A stretch of DNA of 63,111 nt, filler included, from Licmophora abbreviata (GCA_900291995.1; 14 parts of 14 records of this genome joined end to end with filler, not necessarily neighbours in it), one strand, 5' to 3'; numbered from the whole stretch's first letter, positions 11,301 to 22,612 are shown. Made by a program: numbers and translations. Notes: a model not told the origin generated them from the sequence alone.

Positions 11301-11869
11301 CCAGAAAATTTATGTTCCCGTTCTGTCGTGTTTGAGAATACGTCCCAAAATTCAAGCGGTTCTCCCTCCCCAAGCCTATTTTGTGGCGGTGATTGACAAC
11401 AAGCCAGAACAGCCCGTCCAGCATCACTCGAGGCCACGACATCCGGAGTTATCATGGCAGATCGAGGCACCCTCATTACCACGTCCCCCTTTCTGACTTC
11501 CCTCACAGTACGTATTTGACATCCCATGGTACGATCATATAGCGCATGTTCTGCCGTGTTGTCAACGACTCCACATCGCCCCGTAGCAGGATGCGGCGCC
11601 TTGGTCTGGCTATTGGACGTAGCGACCGACGGCGGTGGCTCAAATACCAATACTGGCGCATTCTTGGTTCCATCCGTTGCTTCCCCGTTAACGATACAAA
11701 GTGCCGGATGCACCTCGATCTTGGCGTCGTCCGAAAGCCAACGTCGAAAGGTCACCAATCTCGATGACAACCCTTTCGCCCCACCCATTGAGCTATGTTC
11801 CGATCCTGCAGAGCTGATCCCCATGATTCGCTCGTACGACAAATCCGGGCCGTCCATGGTGGGTTTCAA
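8384..11869 (-). CDS. Rubisco-LSMT/SETD3-4-6-type SET lysine methyltransferase fused to an RRM, a Cys knuckle and an RS domain
   Basis: Single 1161-aa ORF. SET motifs VPRSAMIT, LIPLLDMLNH, GSEVYTAY, SNKELLLSYGF; RNP2 LHIGNL and RNP1 RGFGFVTM; CSTC...CVC; Arg/Ser-rich tail. Confidence 0.85.
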   Translation of the reverse strand: MKPTMDGPDLSYERIMGISSAGSEHSSMGGAKGLSSRLVTFRRWLSDDAKIEVHPALCIVNGEATDGTKNAPVLVFEPPPSVATSNSQTKAPHPATGRCGVVDNTAEHALYDRTMGCQIRTVREVRKGDVVMRVPRSAMITPDVVASSDAGRAVLACCQSPPQNRLGEGEPLEFWDVFSNTTEREHKFSGNLSKSNGTQLLVKILQERKKAETSLSKALRRIENLGGDSSEALTFSLASPGVVSSRAPLLAFLIQQRFSNETRPAVNMNRAAAELSNGVGSNNALRTARIISLDDSPETFAPYARVLPSAISLPLCWKRNELALLAGCIPGVPLLQEVAAHTMQLSSEFVALVDAGITHRFPHIFSPGLLTWERWVWAAAVISSRTLPVSCYTNMGDANAVAHFESNPNEEKAIKSSPGVWDELGILIPLLDMLNHEVDSNQITWEPRVPEGRGTPAEDDSGNAIGSPPGPHGPRAVMHKRVKKGSEVYTAYDVAKSNKELLLSYGFAQMNNPDDKVKIGWTLSSSVGNVPAPGDYTPHVEEGETPTSNHSSRVYESMDVSLINAWWSPERLSLLEGCACITGEVLSGLKLGQKLEGMAYADGRFHPSLLAAAVVGTMPPSDVNKYASEGPPWSLTKKHQRMLRHYLVFFFSRKLEKLLQNLNNGLKDHFGAQLCTKMSEGGLQYNDDKEGTEGELKQGWQSFFDSTAYTWSLEVEKNFYAMGPDSCVLTLYDGHLRALQVALDCVSSEESFVETVLQRLKELDFNILDIEGESNPESLIRVSAAMDDTEPAPDTPNGTPRKERGKEGGKGGRRRNRKRGDRALSGDRPPAIKLHIGNLAYSTSVSDLLDFFGELYGREHILECQIPTERDSGKSRGFGFVTMPEAVASGALQSGRKHEIDGRLLKVERSNSSGSSKASRPQASSDRCSTCGYRPKYCVCSAPNATSSGPSTQQQDKQPRGPPEAYGDPYRDRGHDHFGSRHRSRGYSYSPPRDRGYRGYRDDGREYGYDRDYRHRSSRSHSRGRDKDRRRDRERRRDRGRSLSRERGSTERSRSVDREGRSRRPRYSRSRSYSGERPSRRDRKSGDGLPEVRSRSGSPHLARSGGNGADLDRKRDGSDRKRSRSRDRGKSGKRKRSKKDRRSARSRSASPGAERHRSNKS

Positions 11870-13040
11870 TCGATCTACTTTCCGCTAGTCGATCCAAATG
11901 AGTGCCCCAAGTTATACGTAGACTTCAGTACTGCTACAACTGATTCGAGGTACCAGGTATCGCGAAAAAGGCGGGAAACTGGATACCCTCGTTGCTACCG
12001 GTAGAGATCTGTGCTCTTGATAAAAGAACTTTCCAAATTACAATCCACTTTGTGTCCCCTAGAGAAACGGATGAAAGCGTGGACGAGATGTCGCTCTGCA
12101 TCACCGATGTGTTGATGGCAGCGCCTCGAAAACGCACGAGTAGATTTTGTGATGGCTGCAAATTGTCGCAGTGACGTCATCCTTGTCAAACCGTTGCGTG
12201 AAAGTGATGGAGTGCGAATACAACTGGGTGTTGTGGCGATGCAACTTATGCAACTTATCATGTTATTTCTGTCCTAGCTGTTCAGCTCGAGCGGGAGAGA
12301 TAAGACTCTAATCTTGAATGAGGATGATTGAAAAGAGGAAGCGTACTAGCACTTGCCCCATTTACGTTTATGGAGAGCTACAGTGTATGCAGCCATTTCA
12401 CCATAGCCTTCTTTCGAGCAGAAGGTGCAGCTACAAATGTCTTTGATGGCACGTCGTCCACAGGGCGCTATTCAACTCGGAGCTGTTCCATGCGGAACCT
12501 GGAGTCCAGGTCGTCTTGGCTGTAGCGAGAATCAGTTCAACAGGGTCGCTCCAAGCTAGTTGGTAANNNNNNNNNNNNNNNNNNNNNNNNNNNNNNNNNN
12601 NNNNNNNNNNTTAATTAATTAANNNNNNNNNNNNNNNNNNNNNNNNNNNNNNNNNNNNNNNNNNNNGTACGGTGAGGCTGCGCTGCAATCATCATCAATG
12701 CGTGTGAGCGTGTGTGCGAGCTTTTGGATGTGAACGCGCTGCCGACAATACGAGACACTACGGAAGTTGTCTGTACCTCTACCGGTAGGGGCAATAGTGA
12801 ATAATAATTATATTCATACACTTCATACACTACTATACGTATAAGCTAAAACGCTCGACGGAAGTCTCACTCAAGTTTTTAGCGATGGCGCGCGATGACT
12901 GACAGATCTCTCTTCTATCTGTTGATCTGTCAACGCAAGTAGTATACATACATACATGCCATTCGCCTTTGTAATGGTCCATACGACCACATTCATCAGT
13001 CATATGCGACACCAGAGCCCTGAACGACTTGTAAACGAAG

Positions 13041-14509
13041 ATGAGACGTCAAAAATATTCTATGAATGCCAAGCATGTGAGCCTGGTGGTCCTCGTAGTT
13101 CAGCAAGTGGGCGTCGTTCTCGCGATTCGCTACTCCCGAATGCGCCGCAGCGGTGAAGCATACATGGTATCCACAGCAGTACTGGTGACTGAGTTTTTCA
13201 AGCTCGGCATCAACCTCCTGCTCGAGATTCAGCTAGTCAGAACAAACAAGGATAAGCATCTTCGAAAAAAGAAACTCAGTCTCGTGTCGGAGCTAATTTC
13301 TCGCGATGCCGTCAATCTCGCGGTGCCTGCACTGCTCTACGTTTTCCAGAACGTCGCCGAGTACGTTGCTTTGACTAATTTATCAGTCCCGCTATACCAA
13401 GTTACGAACCAGGGCAAGCTGCTTACAACGGCACTCTTTAGTCGCATCCTTCTGAACAAACGGCTCTCGACTAAGCAATATGGCGCTCTCATTGTGCTGG
13501 CGCTAGGCGTCGCCGTTGTACAGCTATCGTCCATGGACCACGAAAAGCTTGCCGGAAGGCAGGACAAACTTGCTTCACAGAACCATATCGCCGGATTATT
13601 AGCGGTTTGTTTTACCTGTTGCACGTCAGGATTAGCCGGCGTATGGTTCGAAATGGTCCTGAAACAAAAGGGACCAACCGTCTCGGTGTACATGCGCAAC
13701 AGCCAGCTTGCATTGTGGAGCATTCCCTTGGCAGTACTTCCAGTCCTGAACGACTTAGATATGATACGACGGCGTGGTTTTTTTCATGGATATGACTGGC
13801 TCGTCTTTGTTGTGATTCTCAGTCAGGCTTTCTACGGGCTCGTTGTTTCGCTTGCCATGAAATACGCCGATACCATACTCAAGGGATTCGCGGTATCCAT
13901 TTCAATCGTCGTGGGCACGATCTTTACAGCTCTCATTTGGGAAGTACGAGTGGATAGTTTGTTTGTTGTTGGGGCCGCCATGGTACTGTACTCTACTCGA
14001 CTATACGCACAGAACGCGCCTCTCCCGGAGAAGGAGAAGAAGGGCCGACCGTATCGACTACCATCTCGGAGACGCATGATCGTGTTGTTGGCATTTCTTC
14101 TGTCTATCCTACTTGTCGGGTTGCTCCCTACGAAGTCTGCAAACAGACTCCGGGCTCGCGCTCGCTCGACTGTGAAACGGCTTCGTAAGCTGAGACTACA
14201 AGCGTTGAATGTACGAGCCGCAGTCGAAGGAGCCCGAGCCACGTGCGAGGAGAGAGGCCGCATGCTGAAACACCCAACGTGGGAAACACCGATCCTCGTT
14301 CGCAGTGAAGCTGCGCAACAGAACAAAGGAGTCTATTCTGCACAATGCACGTTGCGATCGATTCCTGCGGACACTGAGTGGAGGCACCCAGGCTATACGG
14401 GCTACGCTCCTTGTTTGGCATACACTTGCAACAAGGATGTGGAAGAATGCGACAATCTGTTGCCTACCAACTTGGATGGACCAAAGCCACCCTGTTGTGT
14501 TCATCTTCT
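13041..14509 (+). CDS. SLC35A-type (CMP-sialic acid/UDP-Gal family) nucleotide-sugar transporter with an extra TM and a Cys-containing lumenal extension; continues into the gap
   Basis: NST motifs STAVLVTEFFK, AVPALLYVFQN, YQVTNQGKLLTTALF, SGLAGVWFEMVLK, RNSQL, GLVVSLAMKYADTILKGFA. The frame stays open through RRR-MIVLLAFLLSILLVGLL and on to PPCCVHL. Confidence 0.9.
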
Positions 14510-14609
14510 NNNNNNNNNNNNNNNNNNNNNNNNNNNNNNNNNNNNNNNNNNNNTTAATTAATTAANNNNNNNNNNNNNNNNNNNNNNNNNNNNNNNNNNN
14601 NNNNNNNNN

Positions 14610-15180
14610 GGTGCACTGGAGTTCGCTGCTGGGCTTGACTCGGTCCGATCGTTTCATTCCATGGACTGCGGATCACGATATTACAACAACCAGAGCCATA
14701 ATCGCTACCATGTGGTCTCTTCGGAACGAAGGGACGTTTTCAAAGCTTGGTCTCGCAGTGATTCATGACTCTAACATGAGAGTCTGTATCGCGCCGAGTT
14801 TCGCGGGCGGGAAGCTCTTGCAATGGGAGAAGAAACGGCCATGGTCCAATTATCTGCAACAGCCAGAGCAGTACTGGTTTGCACACAATTCACTTTACAC
14901 TGACGTTTCGTGGACCGGTCTGACTGAAGAGGATTTGTATATAGGCGGAGGAAAATCTCGGTTCCTACCGGAAGACGTATATCCTCTTATACGGAAGCCC
15001 GTCTACAACGGTACCATTTACCTCAACTTTCCGCACGATCCAGAAGCAGTGTTGCAGGTAGCGTATGGACCAGACTGGCGGACGCCTGACTCAGATCGAA
15101 GTGGACATGGGCATAGAAACGGCTATCTGCCCGATGCGAATCGCAGTATACTATTGGAACACCGAAACCGCGTGGATTGA
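14610..15180 (+). CDS. LicD/fukutin-family phosphotransferase domain, probably the C-terminus of the 13041 gene
   Basis: SSLLGLTRSDRFIPWTADHDI matches the LicD GTLLGAVR...FIPWDxDxD motif. FPHDPEAVLQVAYGPDWRTP matches the LicD C-terminal P...L...YG.DW..P motif. There is no true start codon after the gap. Confidence 0.75.
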
Positions 15181-15539
15181 CGACGTTCAGTGTTGAGAGT
15201 GGCTCTTTGACTTGCATCGCGCTGCGGCTTGGGCCTCCTTTTTCATATTCACAGGACTGTCTTCTCATGTAGCTAACAGAAGCAAATAACATACGTCGCA
15301 TGGCTACAAGGTAGTCTACAGTCTATCCGCTCCCCGTTGTTTATGTAGGGTGAAGGGTCGCCGTAGTTTGTTGTTACCATCATGCTGATGAGTGAACGAG
15401 AACCCGGACTCATAGTATCGCGCGTGTCGTATCGCGCGATGTCGCACATGAATCTGAGAGCAAAACCGCGACACACACCTTCATCATCATCAGGTGTAGA
15501 TCCTGTCTGAGCAACGCGACGACCATTATGAGCGATCAA

Positions 15540-18500
15540 ATGGTCGATGATGCGGCCATGGACGGAGCAGTGGCTACGGCGTTAAGGGAGGGGAAGCGAA
15601 AGGGACTTCCAAATGGTTGGAAAGTTACGATTGATGTAAGACAAATTTGGAATATACTGTGAAGTCTCGAACGCGCGAGTATGTGTGGTACCGTTGGATT
15701 TAGGCTAACTGTACGCCGATATTGTGCTGGGTTTTCTCTTGGCTCTTCTTGCCTCTTGTAGAAACGCAAACGACGAAAATGGATTTCACCAAATGGAAGA
15801 AGCTGTGATTCTATACCAAAGGCTCTCACCATGTCGGTGGAACTTGGATTGCTGCCTTCCGACACGCCCATTCCAGTACACACGAAGAAGAAGAGAGCCC
15901 CCGGAAACGCCAAGAAGAGACCCGCTTCAAACCAGCCGACACCGTCGTTCAAGAAAGATGCTGCTACAGTCAGTGGCAAGGAAGAGGCAGAGTACGATTC
16001 CAGCCCTGAGTCGGACCCCGAAACATCACTAGACATTATTCCGCGCCTGGAGTCGTCGTCAACCAGCACGCGCCACTCGACAGTCCATTGGGATCCTGCA
16101 TCTCCCGATGGACGAAAAGTGGGATGGAAAATTCGAATTTGGGACGGAAAGCGGTGGAACGATGGAAGAATTGTTCGGTACGACCCATATTCGCACAAAC
16201 ACAAGGTTCAGTACGACGGGAAGGTGAAGAACGATGCGTGGCTGAGCCTGGTGAATGAGGTCAGTGAACTCTTATGGAACCATTCGAAGTCATCCATGTA
16301 TGTCGTCTCAAATTGAAACCTTTTGTGCTTCCACAGACCTATCAATGTGCGTCTCGACTGGTTTGGGCGCATGTCAAGGGTTTTTCATGGTGGCCCGGTA
16401 TGATTATGGAATGCGATCCGCCCACATTTGGTGGAACCAAAATGCTGAAAGAAGGGTATGTCTTTGTCGCATTCTTTGGTTCCGAGGAAGTGGCAACATT
16501 GAAGGAGTCATCCGAATGTATTCGACCTTTCGAGGCTGAAACAATTGATCCTGTCGTTGCCAAACATAAGAAGAAGCGGAATGCGAATGCTTTCACGTTA
16601 GCGTCTCAGGAGGAAGTCGCGATACGCGAGGCTCGGAATGAGGCGGCGCGCTTCTATGCCGCCAAGGCATTTGGATTTGCCAATAAATGGGGAATGAGCT
16701 TGCTAGGAAAACGATTGGAGCTCTTTCGGTCGGACGTGAATTATCCGTATGGAGATACCGTGGTAGGAGTTGTGCGAAAATACAGTACTGCCTCAAAGAA
16801 ATGGCTCTTGTCGTACGAGATTTCCGACAAGACGCGTACGAAGTACGACTCTTCGTGGCTTAATCTCCTGTCCAAGGGTTGCAAATACAAGAATCTCGAC
16901 AAGAAGAAACCCCATGAACCGGCGCTGATTGATCTTGTACCTTTTATTCACGGCTTTGAACTTGTCCCAACGAAGGAAAGAGGCGAATCGGGCTCTGTCG
17001 ACGTGGAGCTTACGGAACTGTTGCACGAACGCTGTCATGGATGCGCCGACTACATTCTCGTTGACCAGCAGACAGTGTCCTGTATCAAGTGCGCTGGGGG
17101 TTTTCACATTGGGTGTGTCGATTCCCAGATAGGAACGAAAGGGTCCACGACTCGCAGCGCCGGACAAGAAGAGGGCTGGACGTGTGCCAAGTGTACGCCA
17201 TGCATCGGTTGCAGCCAAAGCGACATCGTGTTTGGAGCCCACCCGCAGCCTCTGCCCTCTTCCCTGTCTCTGCAGCCGGGAGATTCCTTGAATCTCTGCT
17301 CCATGTGCATTGCCGCATATGCCTCTAAACACTACTGTCCCAATTGTGCGCACGTTTGGAACGACGTGAAGTATCAGAAAGTCAGGAACCGACGCGGATC
17401 GGACTCGAAACGTGAAAAGAAACACAGTACTGGAAAAGCCCACGACGAGGACGAAGAGCAAGACGAAGATGAAGTCACGCTCGTCGAGATTGAGCCGTCA
17501 TGGTACCGAGCAGATGCCGACGTGTGGGGCTACACGGAAGGAACCATGCTCATCTGTGACGGTTGTGACCTATGGGTTCATGCTGCTTGTGGTGGACTTA
17601 CTGAGGAAGAGTATCTTCGAACAAGCGATGGCGAGCACCCGATCTACAGCACAGAGTTCCTTTGTCATTCCTGCTGTAGATCGCGGTGTCGTCAGATTAT
17701 TGAGGAACTCAGAAAAGAGGACAAACTTTTTCTCTTCGCCATCCCCGTGACTGAACAAATGGCTCCTACATATCACGATGTCATCAAAAACCCGATGGAT
17801 CTCCAGAGCATGGCCCTTCGCGTTGAACGGGATGACTATCTCAATTACGCATGGGTTCGAGACGACTTCGAGCTCATGGTTCTAAATGCTCTTACCTTCA
17901 ATCGAATACACACCAAGTACTGGGATGAGGCCAAGCGTTTCTACAATGTCTCATTGAGAAAGGTATTCGGGAAGATCGGCAAGGGCGCTCCGCCAGGGCG
18001 GTACTGCAAGGACGTCGAAAACGCTTTTGAGAAGGCTGAACACGCCAAGCGATTGGAACAAGAACGAGTCCAGGAAGACGATACGACGGAGAAGAAAGAC
18101 CTTGTTGCAGGCTCCGACGTGGCTACAATCATTTTGCCCCCTTTGAGCAAGCCAGTAGATCAGCCTTCTTGTGTGCCCTACGTTGAAGTCGCGTTGAAGC
18201 CCGTCGACGCTTACTTTGCGTCGTGGATGGATTGTTGCTTCACGTGCGGGAGCAGTGGTGCAGCCGATACAATGCTTTTTTGTGTCGACTGTGGCGAATC
18301 GTTCCATTCGTTTTGTGCGAATGCCCCGGTTCACAGCATGGAGACCTCATCAGTGGCCGGGTGGCGATGTCCAAATTGTAAGATTTGTGAGATTTCTGGC
18401 GAGGTCCCCCAAGATGAGCTGCAGATGTTATTCTGTGAGATGTGTGATCGCGGTTTCTCGCTTGATTTGATTGACCCCCCTTTGAAAGAGGCACCTGCTG

Positions 18501-21476
18501 GGCTATGGATCTGTGGACAATGCGTTAACTGCACGGAGTGCAAGAACTCGACTGGAAAGGACGGATCAAGCCTGAAATACTGGTCGTCCGATCCCGAAAA
18601 GTGCTACCGCTGCGGTGGCTGCGAAGCGTCGTTCGCTTCAGCCCCAAACATTCCACAGTGCCAAGTTTGTCTCAAGTATTGGCGCAAGCTTGACAAGGAT
18701 CTAGCTTCTTGTTCCACATGTCTATCGAAAGTCCACGAGAGCTGTGACCTCGCTGCGCGCGATTTCCTAGAGAGACGAAGTCCACAGAAACAAAAGGCTA
18801 AGGTACGTGCGGACCCTGGACGCGCCCTTCGCCGTAATGTGTGCACTTAAAATTGCTGATGCTTGATTTTTTACGTTGATGCAAAGTACGAATGTCCCAC
18901 TTGCAGGCGGAAGCACGGCGGCGATCGGGCGCAGCTAGATAGGATCCGTCGAGATCTATACGATCAAACCTGGATGGTTTTTCTGAAAGGTTTCGGGGAT
19001 CTCGATGACAGTCGCAGCTTCCTTGATGATCGCATGGAGCTATGCAGTCAGATTGACTCGGCTATTAAGAACATGTGGCGCGATGAGTACGAAACAGTTC
19101 TTCTGGAAGCTTTCCGCGTACTTGACATTGCGAAAACCCGCTTCCTCCGAGTGCACACGATGTTCAATCGCTTCGACAAAATCGACCTTCCGGCGTGGAT
19201 GGGACAGCGAGCCACTCGATTTGTCCGTCTCACAGGTGGGGATAAGTGGAACCCAGCATCCCTCTCGTCAAAGAAAATCGACTCGCTTGTAGTCGTCGCG
19301 AAGCTCGCGGCGTCCTTTCTGAAGGTCGGTTGTCGCGTGTTGGGGTTCAAGACGAAGAAAACAATCAAGTGCTACGATAAGATGATGTCCCTTCTAGAGC
19401 CCCCAGATGAGTGCGGGTTTGTCGAGATACCTATGGATGTGATCAGAATTGAAGGCAATTCTTGCGTGATCCAATCCCAAGCGTGGATTACGCAGTTTGA
19501 GCCTAATCTTCCGCTCGCCGAGCATGGGTTGCCGCAGTCTCGTCCTCTTGGAGAGCTGAAATCGTTAAATGTTCAACAAGACACCACTGTCTTCCAAGTT
19601 GCATCTTCACTGCGGGGCTGGAAATCTCAAATCGAAGCTTCCGATATTCAGAATCAATGGAGGGACTCCCGAGAATGCTGCCTTTGTCACATGTGTGGAG
19701 ATGACGATGCTGGCTTTAGTTCGACGGAAGGTATCGGTGACACACCCTCTTCGTCTGAGCCGAAGATTGCTCGCGTTGGTCGGCTCTTGCCAACACGCGA
19801 TGGGCTGTGGGTCCACGCCTCGTGCGCGCTGTGGAGTTCAGAAGTATGGGAATCTCCAACGGGCGGGGAGATCCATTCCATGGAACGAGCCCGCTCGCGA
19901 GGATCACAACTGAAGTGCTTTGGATGCGGACGCCACGGAGCGACGATGGGTTGCCTTCGACAGAACTGTTCCAATAACTACCATTTTCCTTGCGCCAAGG
20001 CATGCGGAGCAGTTTTCACTTCGAAGCAGGAATGTTTTTGCTCTTTACACACTTCGCTCGCTAGCGACATCCTTTTGAAGGAAAGTTTCGAGCACATGAA
20101 AACGCTAACGATTGCACCTGAAAAGAGAATTGCGGTCGACAAAGACGACACTGCAGAGGCGAAAATATGTCTCCGCGTGGGCTCGCTCATCGTTCACTCC
20201 CTGGGTACAATAGAGCCCAAGCGCGACGACTTTCATTCCGAGAAATACCTTTTTCCAAGAGGCTACTTTGCTACTCGCATCTTTTGGTCTGGACGAAATT
20301 CTCGCACGCGCACAGCGTATATTCTCAAAGTTGAGACCGGTCGCGGGGGTCGACCAGTATTCTCGATCACACCCGGCGACGACCCGGACAAGCCTCTTCG
20401 CGGAACGTCAGTTGACGAAGTCTACAGTGCATTGATGAGCCGAGTTCGCGTCACAAATCGCGGCCATTTCTCCAACGACCTCACCTCCAAACTTCCCGTG
20501 GCCCGGAAGACGTTCAAGAAGGCGTTCGGCTTGAACGGTCCGCAGTTTTTTGGTTTCGGAGTTGATCACGTTCGCAAAGCCCTCGAGCAATGTCCTGGAG
20601 TCGAGGCCGCGGCGGCCCCCCTCACCAGGTCCTCCGTTGCGTATCGGTTTTGCTTTCATCAACCCCCCATTGAGGCCGTGATGGACTTGCAGCGCAAGCG
20701 CGCTGCCGTAGCGGCCGAACGGGCCCTGGAGAATGCCAGCGGCAGTGCACGTACGGAAGGTATGCAAGCCGTTGCACAAAGTACCGGGAGCGGACGCATC
20801 ACACGGGCCCTTGTACGAAGCGTAGACGAAGATGGAACTGCCGACATCAAGCGCACGGAGCAAGACGAACTGAAGGCCAAGGCAGACCGGGAGTCAAATC
20901 AACGCAAGTACACCGAGCTCAAATCAGCTCCTCTGGAGACCCGACTCGCTGCGCGGCGTTCCCACATTCATGGATGGGGACTCTTTTGCAAAGTCGATTT
21001 GCCGAAAGACTCAATGATTGTTGAGTATATGGGAGAGGCGGTGAGGCGAAACGTCGCGGACAAGCGCGAGAAAATGTACGAAACATCAGGGATTGGGAGT
21101 TGCTACATGTTTCGCCTCGACTTGCTTCGCATCGTCGACGCCACCATGATTGGGTGCATGGCCCGATTCATGAATCACTGCTGTCGGCCGAATGCATACG
21201 CCAAGGTTATTGCTGTCGACACGGATCTGGGCCCTGACAAGAAGATTGTCGTGTTTGCCAACCGCGACATCAGTGCCGGCGACGAGATCAGTAAGTGTCC
21301 ACGTGAATGGTCCAGACAGTGGAATGCATGATTTCTCTGGCACTGACTCACCGTGTTTTGTATGTCCCTCTTTTCAACTCGAATCACTTGCAGCATATGA
21401 CTACAAGTTTCCTGTCGAAGACGGTAGTCTCAAGTGTACGTGCGGAGCGCCCAACTGTATTGGACGGATGAACTGA
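15540..21476 (+). CDS. Trithorax/MLL-like histone H3K4 methyltransferase (MBD-like, Tudor-like, PWWP, PHDs, bromodomain, ePHD, FYRN/FYRC, SET, post-SET)
   Basis: Exons 15540-15635, 15762-16259, 16337-18802, 18887-21290, 21394-21476 join in frame. PWWP VWAHVKGFSWWPG; bromodomain YHDVIKNPMDL...NALTFN; ePHD WVHASCALWS; SET SHIHGWGLF...ARFMNHCC; post-SET YDYKF...CTCGAPNC. Confidence 0.92.
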
Positions 21477-21544
21477 CACACAAGTTCGATAAACTTTACA
21501 TAGCTAGCTGCTAGTTATTGGTATGAAAAGATCGCCGGCGAAGT

Positions 21545-22255
21545 CTACAAGCGAAAATTCTTGATGATGCGATTGGCGTCCCGCTTGGCCTCCCGATCCT
21601 TGATGGTCTGTCGCTTGTCTCGTACATTCTTACCCTTGCAGAGCGCTATCTGCAACTTGACCTTATTCTGATCATTAAAATATGCCTTCAATGGAACAAT
21701 GGTCATACCCTGCTGTTCAGTTTGCTGCAACAACCTTCGCGCCTGCTGTTTGTGTACGAGCAACTGTCGCGGTCGTGTTTCTTCATGCTGAAAATACTCG
21801 GAACTCATAGTGTGCTTACCAATGTGGACATTGTAGAGTACACAGCCTCTCCCATCCTTGGTCGGTCGAATGTACCCATCGCGTATATTCATCTTGCCAT
21901 CGCGAATACTCTTGACCTCGGTACCCAAGAGCGACACTCCGGCCTCCAGAGTGTCGATAATCTCGTAGTTGCGGTAGGCGAGTCGATTGACCGAAATGGT
22001 GTTGCCGTCTTTTTTTCTCTTCTTCTTCTTGGTTCGTGCGTACAGAGCAGTGCACGGGCGAGGCACATGCTGGTGTGAAGATTGTCGCTGTGGATAAGCC
22101 GTTGGTACTGCAGGCAATGATGAGGGCGCAAGGGCGTCGACGACGACGACGACATGGCGACCCAGCATGAACCCATGCACCGGCGCCATCATGGTGATGC
22201 TCATCGCCAGAAGAAATGCCCATGTCGCACCGAATTCAACTCTTTCTCGTGCCAT
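21545..22255 (-). CDS. smpB: SsrA-binding protein SmpB with a bipartite plastid-targeting presequence
   Basis: NRLAYRNYEIIDTLEAGVSLLGTEVKSIRDGK, RPRQLLVHK, KLQIALCKGK...DKRQTIKDRE. The hydrophobic signal ends VHG|FML (Phe at +1). An alternative in-frame start exists at 22336. Confidence 0.93.
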   Translation of the reverse strand: MARERVEFGATWAFLLAMSITMMAPVHGFMLGRHVVVVVDALAPSSLPAVPTAYPQRQSSHQHVPRPCTALYARTKKKKRKKDGNTISVNRLAYRNYEIIDTLEAGVSLLGTEVKSIRDGKMNIRDGYIRPTKDGRGCVLYNVHIGKHTMSSEYFQHEETRPRQLLVHKQQARRLLQQTEQQGMTIVPLKAYFNDQNKVKLQIALCKGKNVRDKRQTIKDREAKRDANRIIKNFRL

Positions 22256-22612
22256 CGCTCCATGTACAGAGCTTCTACTTCTCTGCCGACAAGTCGTTCT
22301 TGTCGTTTTGCTTTCCAATGGCGGCGTCAACGACATCGCATGTCAAATAATGATGTGTGTCATGATGTGGTCGCACCGCGGCGGTGTGATGGAACGTGTG
22401 AACTGTGATCTGTGAATGCGGTCGCCCCACGGACTCCTACAGAACGTCTTGGGACCCGTCTGTATGCTATCCGCCAATGACGCTTCCTGGCCACGAAATT
22501 TGCGGTTCATCTACTCCGTTTTTGGTTTCATACTCGTAGATCGACCATGATGAGGGTCGGGTATACCCAGCAAGTGACTGGAACTAGATTCCTGCATTCC
22601 ATTTGAAAAAGA

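Noticed and set aside
11900..13040. Short ORFs upstream of the SET-RRM and transporter genes
   Set aside because: No recognisable protein signal; probably intergenic.
15536..16204. 222-aa minus-strand ORF
   Set aside because: Antisense to exons 1-2 of the trithorax-like gene.
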